NCBI GenBank assembly: GCA_964370685.1
Contig: CAYJKG010000006.1
Location: 15,008 to 79,007, forward strand
Source of the DNA: an uncultured Faecalibacterium sp.
Lineage (GTDB): Bacteria > Bacillota > Clostridia > Oscillospirales > Ruminococcaceae
DNA: 64,000 nucleotides
Reading direction: 5' to 3'
Shown: positions 17,366 through 26,702 of the stretch, one piece after another
Numbering within the stretch: the stretch's first letter is position 1
How the letters are laid out: the number at the start of each line of letters is the position of its first letter
Program-made: the position numbers and the translations under genes
Notes under the pieces: generated by a model
Databases searched by the model: none
The model's input: only the letters and a program-made list of their open reading frames with translations
What the model was told of the DNA's origin: nothing

Positions 17366-19546
17366 TTATTTTTCAGATGTAAAAATAGCTATTTCGTTTA
17401 TTGGTAAATTTATTTTGAGCACGCCTTTAGTATCATCAATTATAGCGTGGCTACATTTCATATTTTTAGCATGTGGTGGCAGTTTAATATATGTATCATT
17501 GCCACGCAAGTTTTGTACACTTATTTCTACAACTTTACTGTTTGTTTGTTTTGCGCTAACAGCAAAACCATCCTCACAAAGCAAGTTGGCAAACTCTACA
17601 TCTTGCCATGTGCTTGGCACAGCAGGTAGTGGCTCTATAGCTTTGCCATGACTTTGTAGCAACATGCCATGTATGCTTTCAGCGGCGGAAATTGGTGTTT
17701 CGATAACAGGTGCAAACTCGCTATACATAGTGTTGGGGCATAAAAAGTCCTTTAAGCCATTTAAATATTCAAGCGCTTTATCACCTTTTTTTAAATATGC
17801 CATCATGCTTGCAGCACCAGTGTATGTATAACCTTGCACACGTTTTTCTAGGCTTAGCCAATGTTCTATTGATTTTATAGCAAGCTTTTGTTCTTTTTCG
17901 TTAGTAAAATCAATAGTAGCAAGTGGAAATATCATTAAAAGGTGAGAATAATGCCTATGAGATTTTGCAAAAGGCACATCACTACCTATCATATAACCGT
18001 TTTCATCAACAGGACAAGGTGCGAGATGTTTTTTTATATCTAGCCATGTGGCTTTTAAATCATCGTTGATGCCATAAGTTTCGTCTAGCTCTATAACACG
18101 TTGTACCGCCCAGTGTAAAAGCGAAAGTGTATATGTGCAGTCGTAAATAGGGTGCCAGTTTGCACCGTCAACACTTGGGTATTCAGGCGAGCTTGTATCT
18201 TTAATATGTATTATTCCATTTGCATCTGTTTCAAATAAAGTTCGGCAAGCGTTTATTGACATTTTAAGGTAAGGGTGTAAAATCTCACGCACTAGGTTTT
18301 CATCGCCTGTGTATTTTTCTTTTTTGTCGATTATAAAAAGTGCCCAAAGTATATTTCCAAGCTCGTAAGTATCAGGCCATAAACAAAATAAATTATGTGA
18401 GCTGGTCGCTCTGCTTAAATACATGCCGTCATTTATGCCCATGGGTTTTGCGTTATCTATTAGCACTTGTTTGTTGTTTTTAAAAACAGAAATTAGAGAG
18501 TTAACAAGCTCGGAATGGTTTGAGATAAAAATGGGCGAATACGAAAGTTGCACGTTTAAATTCCACACGGTTGTAGGCCAAGTTGTGGTTGTCATAAAAG
18601 GTCCTTGGGAGTCTAGCACAACACCCTTTTCATCTATGCTACAAGCGATTTTATACATTTGTATCCAGTAAAATTGCTCCCATTCTTTATCGCTGATGCT
18701 GATATAACTTTGGCCGTAGTAGTTTGCCCACCATTTTTTGTGTGCTGTTTTTATATCTTTGCGTTTTTCAAAAAAGCTTTGTGTTTCGGTGATTGCTTTT
18801 TTTAGCATTTGTGTTTTATCATCGCCATTATGTACTGATATATAAAAAACACTGCCATTTTTACAAAGTTGTTCTTTCCATGCTAGGCAAAGTGCGCCCT
18901 CTGGCTCAGTTTTACCGTTCTTGTCTGTTACAAATTCTTGCACGCTTGTTGTTAAATCCTCTTGTTGTGAAACGTAGGGTAGAGGTGGTAAAAGTGATAA
19001 ATCAACCTTTTTGCCAGAAAAATAAATGCGGTCGCTTATACCGTGGCGTGGCTGAACACTTATTTTATAGCTGAAATCCTCAGGGCAAGCTATTTCTATT
19101 GCTATGCCACTTTGTCCTTTTGGTGTATAGGTTTTGTATTTTAGTGTCCCGCTTTTTGTGGTGATAGTTCCGCTAACATATGCGCTATAAAGATGTATTC
19201 GCATAGTTTCGTTTAAAATATCGTCATCAGTTTCAAGCAAAATGTTCCCAATAGGCACACGTGGTGTTGCCCAGTCTATGCCTTGTAGCATGTTGTGTGC
19301 GGTGGCATCGTTGCGTCCTATTTCCCACATTGTTACTTTTGGGGAAAGTTTATAAATGCTTGCGCCTGTCATGCCATTGCCAATAAATACGCTGTCGTCC
19401 CATTCACGGCGGTAGCATTTAGTTAAAAGGTGAAAAACCTCTTTATCCGTATAAAAACCGCCTTTATAGCGCACATCATCAAAAATTAAATCTTGCTTTT
19501 TTAAAAAGCTTTCCATATCAATCGTATGGTTTTTGGGGTTTAGCAT
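17366..19546 (-). CDS. divergent GH95-like glycoside hydrolase (no signal peptide)
   Basis: Motif-by-motif parallels to the canonical GH95 at 24402..26702: GNGMTGASIY vs GNGRMGGMVY, WNLNVQLSY vs LDINTQMNY, SHRHYSHLLMIFPL vs NHRHTTHMLGLHPF, PLPAVPSTWQD vs LLPALPKAWQE. Start moved to the ATG at 19546 behind GGAGG. Confidence 0.55.
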   Translation of the reverse strand: MLNPKNHTIDMESFLKKQDLIFDDVRYKGGFYTDKEVFHLLTKCYRREWDDSVFIGNGMTGASIYKLSPKVTMWEIGRNDATAHNMLQGIDWATPRVPIGNILLETDDDILNETMRIHLYSAYVSGTITTKSGTLKYKTYTPKGQSGIAIEIACPEDFSYKISVQPRHGISDRIYFSGKKVDLSLLPPLPYVSQQEDLTTSVQEFVTDKNGKTEPEGALCLAWKEQLCKNGSVFYISVHNGDDKTQMLKKAITETQSFFEKRKDIKTAHKKWWANYYGQSYISISDKEWEQFYWIQMYKIACSIDEKGVVLDSQGPFMTTTTWPTTVWNLNVQLSYSPIFISNHSELVNSLISVFKNNKQVLIDNAKPMGINDGMYLSRATSSHNLFCLWPDTYELGNILWALFIIDKKEKYTGDENLVREILHPYLKMSINACRTLFETDANGIIHIKDTSSPEYPSVDGANWHPIYDCTYTLSLLHWAVQRVIELDETYGINDDLKATWLDIKKHLAPCPVDENGYMIGSDVPFAKSHRHYSHLLMIFPLATIDFTNEKEQKLAIKSIEHWLSLEKRVQGYTYTGAASMMAYLKKGDKALEYLNGLKDFLCPNTMYSEFAPVIETPISAAESIHGMLLQSHGKAIEPLPAVPSTWQDVEFANLLCEDGFAVSAKQTNSKVVEISVQNLRGNDTYIKLPPHAKNMKCSHAIIDDTKGVLKINLPINEIAIFTSEK

Positions 19547-19576
19547 GTCTTTTCCTCCGTTTGGCAATATTTGCCT

Positions 19577-21085
19577 TTATTTAACACATGGGCATTCAGC
19601 ACGCACTTTTAAAATTTCAGGGTATTTTTCATCAGTGTCGCCTATTTCTATTTTTACAGTATCTAATTTTGCGGTTAGCTCTAATACTATTTTTCTGTAT
19701 GCGGGGTCGAAATAAACATCTTTTGTTTCAAATGGGTCTTTTTCTAAATCGTAAAGTTCCCAACCAGGGGTTGACGGCTCAGTGCCACTGCCAGCGTCAA
19801 GAGCTAAGCCGTAAAAGAATATAAGTTTGTATTTTTTTGTGCGTATGCCATAATGTGCGGGGTTATCGTGGTGCGTTAAGTGTACCCAGTAGCGGTAATA
19901 AATTAAATCGTTTATAGCGTTTGTATCTGTTTCGTTTAGCATTTTGCGCATGGAGTGCCCACGCATATGCTCTGGTGCTTTTAAATTTGCATAATCTAAA
20001 ATAGTTGGCGCAAAATCAAAGTTGCCTATAAGTTCATTTATAACAGTACCTTGTTTTATTTCTTTAGGGTAGCGTATAACAAAAGGCATTTGCATAGCTT
20101 CCTCGTAAATCCAACGTTTATCTATAAAATCATGCTCGCCTAAAAACATGCCTTGGTCAGAGGTGTAAATTATAATAGTGTTATCATAAATGCCCTCGTC
20201 TTTTAGGCACTGTATAACCTCGCCCACGCTATCATCAACACCTTTTGCTGTGCGCAAATAATCTTTAACATATTTTTGGTATGCCATTTTTGTGCGTACA
20301 GTTTCGTCCTCTGTGTTGTAGCTTAAACCGCCTGTTGGCCAATTGGTAGGGTTTTCAAAAAGCTTAACATAACTGCGCACACCACTGCGAGAGGAAACAG
20401 ATGTACCTCTATCTCTAGTGGCTGGGCTACGCAGTGAGTGATCCTCCCATAGGGTATCAGGCTCTGGCATTTCTATTCCATCAAACATATGTTCGTAACG
20501 TGGGTGATACTCAAAATTATCATGCGGTGCTTTATGTTGGCAAAAAAGTAAAAAGGGTTTTTGTTTATCACGTTTTTTTATGTAATTAACAGTTTTTTGT
20601 GTTACAATATCTGTAACATAACCTTTTTCTTGCTCACCTAGCTCATTTTGTCTGTGTGTGCAAACATTGCTCCAATCAAAACCTGTGTTCATAAACCATG
20701 GGTCCCAATATGTGCCTTGCGAGGGGAAGATGCTGTATTCGTCAAAGCCTTGTGGCTCTGAGTGTAAGTGCCATTTACCCATTAAGGCTGTTTTGTAGCC
20801 ACTTTGTTGTAATAACATGGGAAAGGTCGTTAAGTTAGTGGGCAAGGTATCGCTCAAAACACGTACACCTGTTTCGTGGCAGTGCATGCTTGTCATTATA
20901 GTTGCACGGCTAGGTGTGCAAAGTGCATTTGTGCAAAAACACTCTTTAAGCAAAGCACCCTCGTTTGCAATGCTGTCTATATGTGGTGTTTTAAAAACAT
21001 CAGCAAGGCGAGAACCATATGCACTGATTGCATTTGCTGTGTGGTCGTCGCTCATGATGTAAACTATATTTGGGCGTTTATCCAT
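19577..21085 (-). CDS. Cys-type sulfatase (formylglycine-dependent), apparently cytoplasmic
   Basis: MDKRPNIVYIMSDDH with no signal peptide. Sulfatase signature CTPSRATIMTS. 502 aa. Confidence 0.85.
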   Translation of the reverse strand: MDKRPNIVYIMSDDHTANAISAYGSRLADVFKTPHIDSIANEGALLKECFCTNALCTPSRATIMTSMHCHETGVRVLSDTLPTNLTTFPMLLQQSGYKTALMGKWHLHSEPQGFDEYSIFPSQGTYWDPWFMNTGFDWSNVCTHRQNELGEQEKGYVTDIVTQKTVNYIKKRDKQKPFLLFCQHKAPHDNFEYHPRYEHMFDGIEMPEPDTLWEDHSLRSPATRDRGTSVSSRSGVRSYVKLFENPTNWPTGGLSYNTEDETVRTKMAYQKYVKDYLRTAKGVDDSVGEVIQCLKDEGIYDNTIIIYTSDQGMFLGEHDFIDKRWIYEEAMQMPFVIRYPKEIKQGTVINELIGNFDFAPTILDYANLKAPEHMRGHSMRKMLNETDTNAINDLIYYRYWVHLTHHDNPAHYGIRTKKYKLIFFYGLALDAGSGTEPSTPGWELYDLEKDPFETKDVYFDPAYRKIVLELTAKLDTVKIEIGDTDEKYPEILKVRAECPCVK

Positions 21086-21105
21086 TGTAAAAAACCTCCG
21101 TTTTT

Positions 21106-22497
21106 TTAATGCTCAATATTTTGTGGTGTTAAAAGCTTTTCTTCTTTGCGCATTTTAATGTAGTAGTATGGTATAAGTGGCATTAGTGTAAATATCCATG
21201 AAATTGGGTTACTAAAGCGAATTGCATCAAAACCTAAATATGCACTGGCCACAAAAACCATCATAGATTTACCAAAAACTTCAAACATGGAGCTAACCAT
21301 TGTAACAATGCCACCACCAAGGCCGCGCACAGCGCTGCGGTAAACTTCAAGCACGCCTAAAGTTGGCATAAAATAAACAGTTGCATAATAAAAAAGCTCG
21401 ACTAGGGCAAAAAGTTCATCGTTTAAATTTTCACCTAGTAATAAGCCTAGCATAGGGCGCAATGCAATGGAGGAGAGCAAAATTAATATTAGCGAATAAC
21501 CTGTTGCCATAATGTTGCCTAAGCGTATGCCTTTTTTTATACGTTCAAAGTTACAAGCACCATAATTTTGTGCCACAAAAACTGAAACAGTAGCGCCTAG
21601 TGCTAAATAAGCTTGCATAAATAGAGATGTTATGCGCCCGGAGGCACTGCTTGCGGCTATGTGCGCAGAGGTGTAATCATTCATAGCTGTTTGTATAAAA
21701 AGGCTGCCCATTAAAATTATGCAAAATTGTAAAGCTAAAGGAACACCTAGTGTTACAAGTTCGATAATAGTACGCCACGAAAATTTAAAGTGTTCCTTTT
21801 TAAAGTAAAATATGCCATCTTGAACATTTGAGCGTCTTTTCATAAAAATAATGCAGCCAACAGCAGCTATAAGTTGCGAGAGCACAGTTGCAATTGCAAC
21901 GCCAGCAACACCTTGCTCAAAGGCGATAACAAACAATAAATTTAAAGCTATGTTGCTAATGCTAGAAATTGTCATGAAAAAAACAGGTGTTTTACTATCG
22001 CCCATTGCTTGGCATATAGCGCCAGAAAGCCTATATAAAAGCAAAGCGGGCAAGCCGATATAGTTAATTATCTGATATGTGCGTATATCCTCGTAAAGCT
22101 CGGGCAAAGTGTTCATAGCGCTAAGCATTAAATGATTACACGAAATAAAAATTATCATTATAGCAGTAACTGAAATTAAATATAAATAAAAAGCGTGGAT
22201 AATATATTTACGTGTTGAACTTGTATCTTTGCTGCCTACACTTTGCGAAATACGTATGCAAGCACCTTGCACAAGCCCACCGCCAAGCCCTCCAGCCATC
22301 ATAACTAACGTGCCAGAAGCACCAACAGCTGCTAGTGCGCCCTCGCCTATGTAACGCCCAACAACAACTGTATCAACAACGTTGTAAAGTTGCTGTATAA
22401 AGTTGCCAAGTAGCACAGGCCAAAAAAATGAAAGATAATATTTTGATATGCTCCCTTGTGTTGCATCGTAGGAGGCTGTGTTTTTTCTAAAAAGCAT
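21106..22497 (-). CDS. MATE family transporter
   Basis: 463 aa, 12 TM helices, N-terminus ...LGNFIQQLYNVVDTVVVGRYIGEGALAAVG typical of MATE. Confidence 0.8.
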   Translation of the reverse strand: MLFRKNTASYDATQGSISKYYLSFFWPVLLGNFIQQLYNVVDTVVVGRYIGEGALAAVGASGTLVMMAGGLGGGLVQGACIRISQSVGSKDTSSTRKYIIHAFYLYLISVTAIMIIFISCNHLMLSAMNTLPELYEDIRTYQIINYIGLPALLLYRLSGAICQAMGDSKTPVFFMTISSISNIALNLLFVIAFEQGVAGVAIATVLSQLIAAVGCIIFMKRRSNVQDGIFYFKKEHFKFSWRTIIELVTLGVPLALQFCIILMGSLFIQTAMNDYTSAHIAASSASGRITSLFMQAYLALGATVSVFVAQNYGACNFERIKKGIRLGNIMATGYSLILILLSSIALRPMLGLLLGENLNDELFALVELFYYATVYFMPTLGVLEVYRSAVRGLGGGIVTMVSSMFEVFGKSMMVFVASAYLGFDAIRFSNPISWIFTLMPLIPYYYIKMRKEEKLLTPQNIEH

Positions 22498-22783
22498 TGT
22501 GGTACACCTTTAGCAGTACGTTAAAATTTGCACTGTCTTTGAATTAAATATTTTTATGTGTATAAAAACATATATCTTTTTTGTTCATAATAGCACGTGT
22601 TTACAACATTGTATAGCACTTATGTGCAATAGCTAACAAAAATATAATGATGTCACAAATTTACTCTTCCCAAATATGAATAATTGGGGTAAGATAAGCT
22701 TGTAGTAGTTTGTTTTATTTTCACAAACATATACCTGTTGTTTGCCTTACAAAAAGTAAAGCCATAGAAAGGATAAAAACAAA

Positions 22784-24340
22784 ATGTCTGATTATTTGCA
22801 AAACATGAAAAGCTATCTAAAAATTATTGATGAAGTAATAGAAAACGGAAAGTATAAAGATACTTGGGTATCACTAGCAAATTATAAAGTTGCAGATTGG
22901 TACAAAAACGCAAAGTTTGGTATTTTTATTCACTGGGGAGCTTATGCAGTGCCAGCATATAATAACGAATGGTATGCAAGGCACATGTACATAAAAGATA
23001 GAGAGAAAACAATATTAACAGAGCAAAAAACAGATGTTTATAAACACCATGTTGAAACTTTTGGCGAGGTTAAAAATTTTGGGTATAGAGAATTTATACC
23101 TATGTTTAAAGCAGAAAAGTTTAATGCGAAAGAATGGGCAGAACTTTTTAAAGAGGCAGGGGCAAAATTTGTTATGCCTGTTGCGGAACATCACGACGGT
23201 TTTCAGATGTATAACAGTGAATTATCCGAGTGGTGTGCAGCTAAAAAAGGCCCTATGAAAGATATAGTAGGTGAATTAAAGCGTGAGTGTGAAGCACGTG
23301 ATATGCAAATAACAGTTTCCTCACACCGTGTTGAACATTACTGGTTTATGGGTGGTATGCGTGATTTTGACAGCGATTTTGCAAAATATGCAGATGAAAA
23401 CGGCAATTTACCATATGGGGATATTTATTGGCCATCATACCCTATGCCTTTTGGCAGTGAGGACGGCATAACAACACGTAAAACAAACCATACAGATGTT
23501 AATATTTGCGATATTGACCCGCTATTTATGGAGGATTGGCTTGCACGTACCTGTGAGCTTGTGGATAAATATAGGCCTAAAATTGTTTACTTTGATTGGT
23601 GGATACAAGTTAGGCCTATGAAACCATATTTACGTAAATTTGCAGCTTATTATTATAACCGTGCGCTTGAATGGGGCGAGGAAGTTGCAATTAACTATAA
23701 AAACGATGCTTTTCAGCACACAAGTGCAGTGCGTGATATTGAGCGTGGACAGCTTAGCGATATTTCGGCTTATTTTTGGCAAAATGATACAGCAGTTGCA
23801 AAAAATTCTTGGTGTTATACAGAGGGTAACAACTATAAAAAACCACAAGATGTTATCAACGATTTAATAGATGTTGTTAGTAAAAATGGCTCGCTTTTAT
23901 TAAACGTTGGGCCAAAAGCAGATGGTACTATACCAAAAGAAGATGCAGATATTTTAAGAGCAGTTGGTAAATGGCTTGCAGTAAATGGCGAGGGTATTTA
24001 TGAAACAGTGCCTTTTCGCAAATGTGGCGAGGGGCCAACCGTGGTTAAAGAGGGGCATTTTACAGATACAATAGGCAAAGAATTTACAAGTGAGGATTTT
24101 CGTTTTACATCAAAACCTAATGCGCTTTATGTTTTTTGTTTGAAATGGCCAGAGGATAGCGCTGTTAAAATAAAGACCTTGGGTTATAAAGATCAAAAAT
24201 TTAACCCTGTTATTAAAAAAGTTGAAATACTAGGGCAAGAGGGCGAGTGCTCTTACCATGTGAGCGCAGATGCTTTATCAGTTGTGGGTAAACCAATGTA
24301 CACAGTTAACCCTGTTTGTATTAAAATAACGATAGATTAA
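22784..24340 (+). CDS. alpha-L-fucosidase, GH29 (no signal peptide)
   Basis: KFGIFIHWGAYAVPAYNNEWYARHMY and AKFVMPVAEHHDGFQMYNS are GH29 hallmarks. Confidence 0.85.
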   Translation: MSDYLQNMKSYLKIIDEVIENGKYKDTWVSLANYKVADWYKNAKFGIFIHWGAYAVPAYNNEWYARHMYIKDREKTILTEQKTDVYKHHVETFGEVKNFGYREFIPMFKAEKFNAKEWAELFKEAGAKFVMPVAEHHDGFQMYNSELSEWCAAKKGPMKDIVGELKRECEARDMQITVSSHRVEHYWFMGGMRDFDSDFAKYADENGNLPYGDIYWPSYPMPFGSEDGITTRKTNHTDVNICDIDPLFMEDWLARTCELVDKYRPKIVYFDWWIQVRPMKPYLRKFAAYYYNRALEWGEEVAINYKNDAFQHTSAVRDIERGQLSDISAYFWQNDTAVAKNSWCYTEGNNYKKPQDVINDLIDVVSKNGSLLLNVGPKADGTIPKEDADILRAVGKWLAVNGEGIYETVPFRKCGEGPTVVKEGHFTDTIGKEFTSEDFRFTSKPNALYVFCLKWPEDSAVKIKTLGYKDQKFNPVIKKVEILGQEGECSYHVSADALSVVGKPMYTVNPVCIKITID

Positions 24341-24401
24341 TCGTGAGGGCGGCTATATAATAAATAGCCTAACTTGCATTTTTGTTGAAAAGGAGCAAAA
24401 G

Positions 24402-26702
24402 ATGCAAAATTTAAAACAAGACCTATGGTATAACACGTCTGGCAAAAATTGGTTTGGAGCTTTGCCTATTGGTAATGGTCGCATGGGTGGCATGGTTTAT
24501 GGAGGAATAAAATGCGAGCGTATAGATTTATCAGAGGTTACTTGTTACTCTGGTAGGGTTGAAAACGCAAATAATCCAAATGCTAAACGAGCTTTCTCTT
24601 TAGCAAAAAAAGCTATGCTTGAGCGAGATTATGAAACTGCGGCTAAATATGCTGAAGACATAACGGGTAGCCGTGAAAATTATGGTACTAATTTACCATT
24701 AGGTACATTGTATTTAGATTTTGAGCATGATCAAGAAGAAACTTGCAACTATAAAAGAGGGCTTAACTTCGAAACTGCCACAACTACAACTAGCTACGAG
24801 CACAAGGGCGTTTGCTATACAAGGCAATGTTTTGCTAGTAATATACATAATGTTATAGTGGTAAAAATAACTGCAAACAAAGCAAATAGCATTAACTTTA
24901 AAGCATTTTTTGATGGAGGAAAAAACCCTAACTATGTAAAAGTAGAGGGAGATACTTTAATATTAAGAGGCAAAGCTTTTGAAACAAGGCACACAAAAGA
25001 GCAATGTGGCGTTAAATATTGTGAAATGGTTAAAATAAACATAGATGGCGGCTGGGTAGAAGACGAAGGTTGGAATTTAAAGGTTAAAAATGCAAATAGC
25101 GCAATAGTTTATATTGTTATACGCTCAAATTATGAAAAACAAATCCCTGTTTTGGCATGTGAAATAGATTTAGAACTAGTAAAAAATAAGAGTGTTGAAA
25201 GCATATATGATGAACATGTTACAGATTTTAGCTCTTATTATAATCGTGCTGAATTTGAGCTAAAAAACAAAATAGATTATCACTATCTGCCAACAAATGA
25301 GCGTTTAGAACAAGTTAAAAACGGTGTTGAAGATTTATCTTTATACACAACAATGTTTGATTACGCGCGTTATTTGTTAATTTCAAGCTCAAGAGAAAAC
25401 TCGCCTTTACCCACACATTTACAAGGTGTTTGGAATGATAATGTAGCTTGCCGCATAGGGTGGACATGTGACATGCACCTTGATATAAACACACAAATGA
25501 ATTATTGGCATGCACACTCGACCAATTTAGCTGAATGTACACAGCCACTCTCAAATTGGGTACATAATTGCTTGCTACCTAGTGGTAAAATAAGCGCGAA
25601 GCAATCTTATAATTGTGATGGATTTGTGGCACATACTGTTTCTAATCCTTGGGGGTTTACTGCGCCTGGTGCGGCGGTTTATTGGGGTTTTCATGTTACG
25701 GGTGGTGCATGGATAGCCACACACTTATGGCAACACTACGCCTATACATTAGATGAAGAGTTTTTGCACGATACCGCATATGAAGTATTAAAACAAGCTT
25801 GTGTGTTTTTTACACAATATATGGTAAAAGACCCACAAACAGGCTATTATGTCACACCACTTTCACACTCGCCAGAAAATAATTATCGCATAAACGGCAA
25901 GGAATATTCAATTGCGCTGATGCCAACTTGCGATATAGCAATTTTAACTGAGGTTTTTGAAAATTTTCTTAATGCAAATGAGATAATAAAAGGTGATGAA
26001 GAACTTGTACAAAAAGTTAAAGAGCTAAAAGAAAACATGCCACCTTACCAAATAGGCAAAGATGGCCGTTTACAAGAGTGGTTGGAAGAATTTGAGGAAT
26101 GCCAGCCAAACCATAGGCACACAACACATATGCTAGGTTTGCACCCTTTTGGTTCAATAACGCCTGAAAAAACACCAGAACTTGCAAAAGCATGTGAAAA
26201 ATCAATGCAAGCACGCATGACACCATACGAGTTGTGGGAGGATACAGGCTGGGCACGCTCTATGTTAATGGCATATAGCGCACGTTTGTGGGACGGCGAG
26301 GGTGCGTGGTTTCATGTGCAGGAAATGCTAAAACGTATAACGCAAAAGAATTTGTTTGTGATACACCCACCGACAGCAGGCGCTACTAGTGACGTTTATG
26401 AGCTAGATGGTAACACAGGCTTAGGCTCGTGCCTTGCTGAAATGCTTTTGCAAAGTTATGATGAAACCATACACTTATTACCAGCTTTGCCAAAAGCATG
26501 GCAAGAGGGGCATGTTACAGGTTTAAAAGCGAAAAATAACCACACTGTAGATATTTATTTTAAAGATAACAAACTTTATAAAGCTGTTATAAAAACACGT
26601 AAAGGTACAAGTGTAAATGTGAGATATAATGGTAAAACAATAGCGAAAATAGCTGATGCAAAAGGCGAAATAACTTTAACACTAAGCGAGGTATTATCAT
26701 GA
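24402..26702 (+). CDS. alpha-L-fucosidase, GH95 (no signal peptide)
   Basis: N-terminus LWYNTSGKNWFGALPIGNGRMGGMVYGG, plus DMHLDINTQMNYW and NHRHTTHMLGLHPF. 766 aa. Confidence 0.8.
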   Translation: MQNLKQDLWYNTSGKNWFGALPIGNGRMGGMVYGGIKCERIDLSEVTCYSGRVENANNPNAKRAFSLAKKAMLERDYETAAKYAEDITGSRENYGTNLPLGTLYLDFEHDQEETCNYKRGLNFETATTTTSYEHKGVCYTRQCFASNIHNVIVVKITANKANSINFKAFFDGGKNPNYVKVEGDTLILRGKAFETRHTKEQCGVKYCEMVKINIDGGWVEDEGWNLKVKNANSAIVYIVIRSNYEKQIPVLACEIDLELVKNKSVESIYDEHVTDFSSYYNRAEFELKNKIDYHYLPTNERLEQVKNGVEDLSLYTTMFDYARYLLISSSRENSPLPTHLQGVWNDNVACRIGWTCDMHLDINTQMNYWHAHSTNLAECTQPLSNWVHNCLLPSGKISAKQSYNCDGFVAHTVSNPWGFTAPGAAVYWGFHVTGGAWIATHLWQHYAYTLDEEFLHDTAYEVLKQACVFFTQYMVKDPQTGYYVTPLSHSPENNYRINGKEYSIALMPTCDIAILTEVFENFLNANEIIKGDEELVQKVKELKENMPPYQIGKDGRLQEWLEEFEECQPNHRHTTHMLGLHPFGSITPEKTPELAKACEKSMQARMTPYELWEDTGWARSMLMAYSARLWDGEGAWFHVQEMLKRITQKNLFVIHPPTAGATSDVYELDGNTGLGSCLAEMLLQSYDETIHLLPALPKAWQEGHVTGLKAKNNHTVDIYFKDNKLYKAVIKTRKGTSVNVRYNGKTIAKIADAKGEITLTLSEVLS

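Noticed and set aside
22589-22604. AATAGCACGTGTTTAC in the MATE/GH29 divergent region, which resembles the right half of the LacI operator (CACGTGTTCAC).
   Set aside because: Only one half-site matches, and the left arm matches at 1 of 5 positions. It is too weak to claim that the LacI regulator at 2025..3047 controls the glycan locus.
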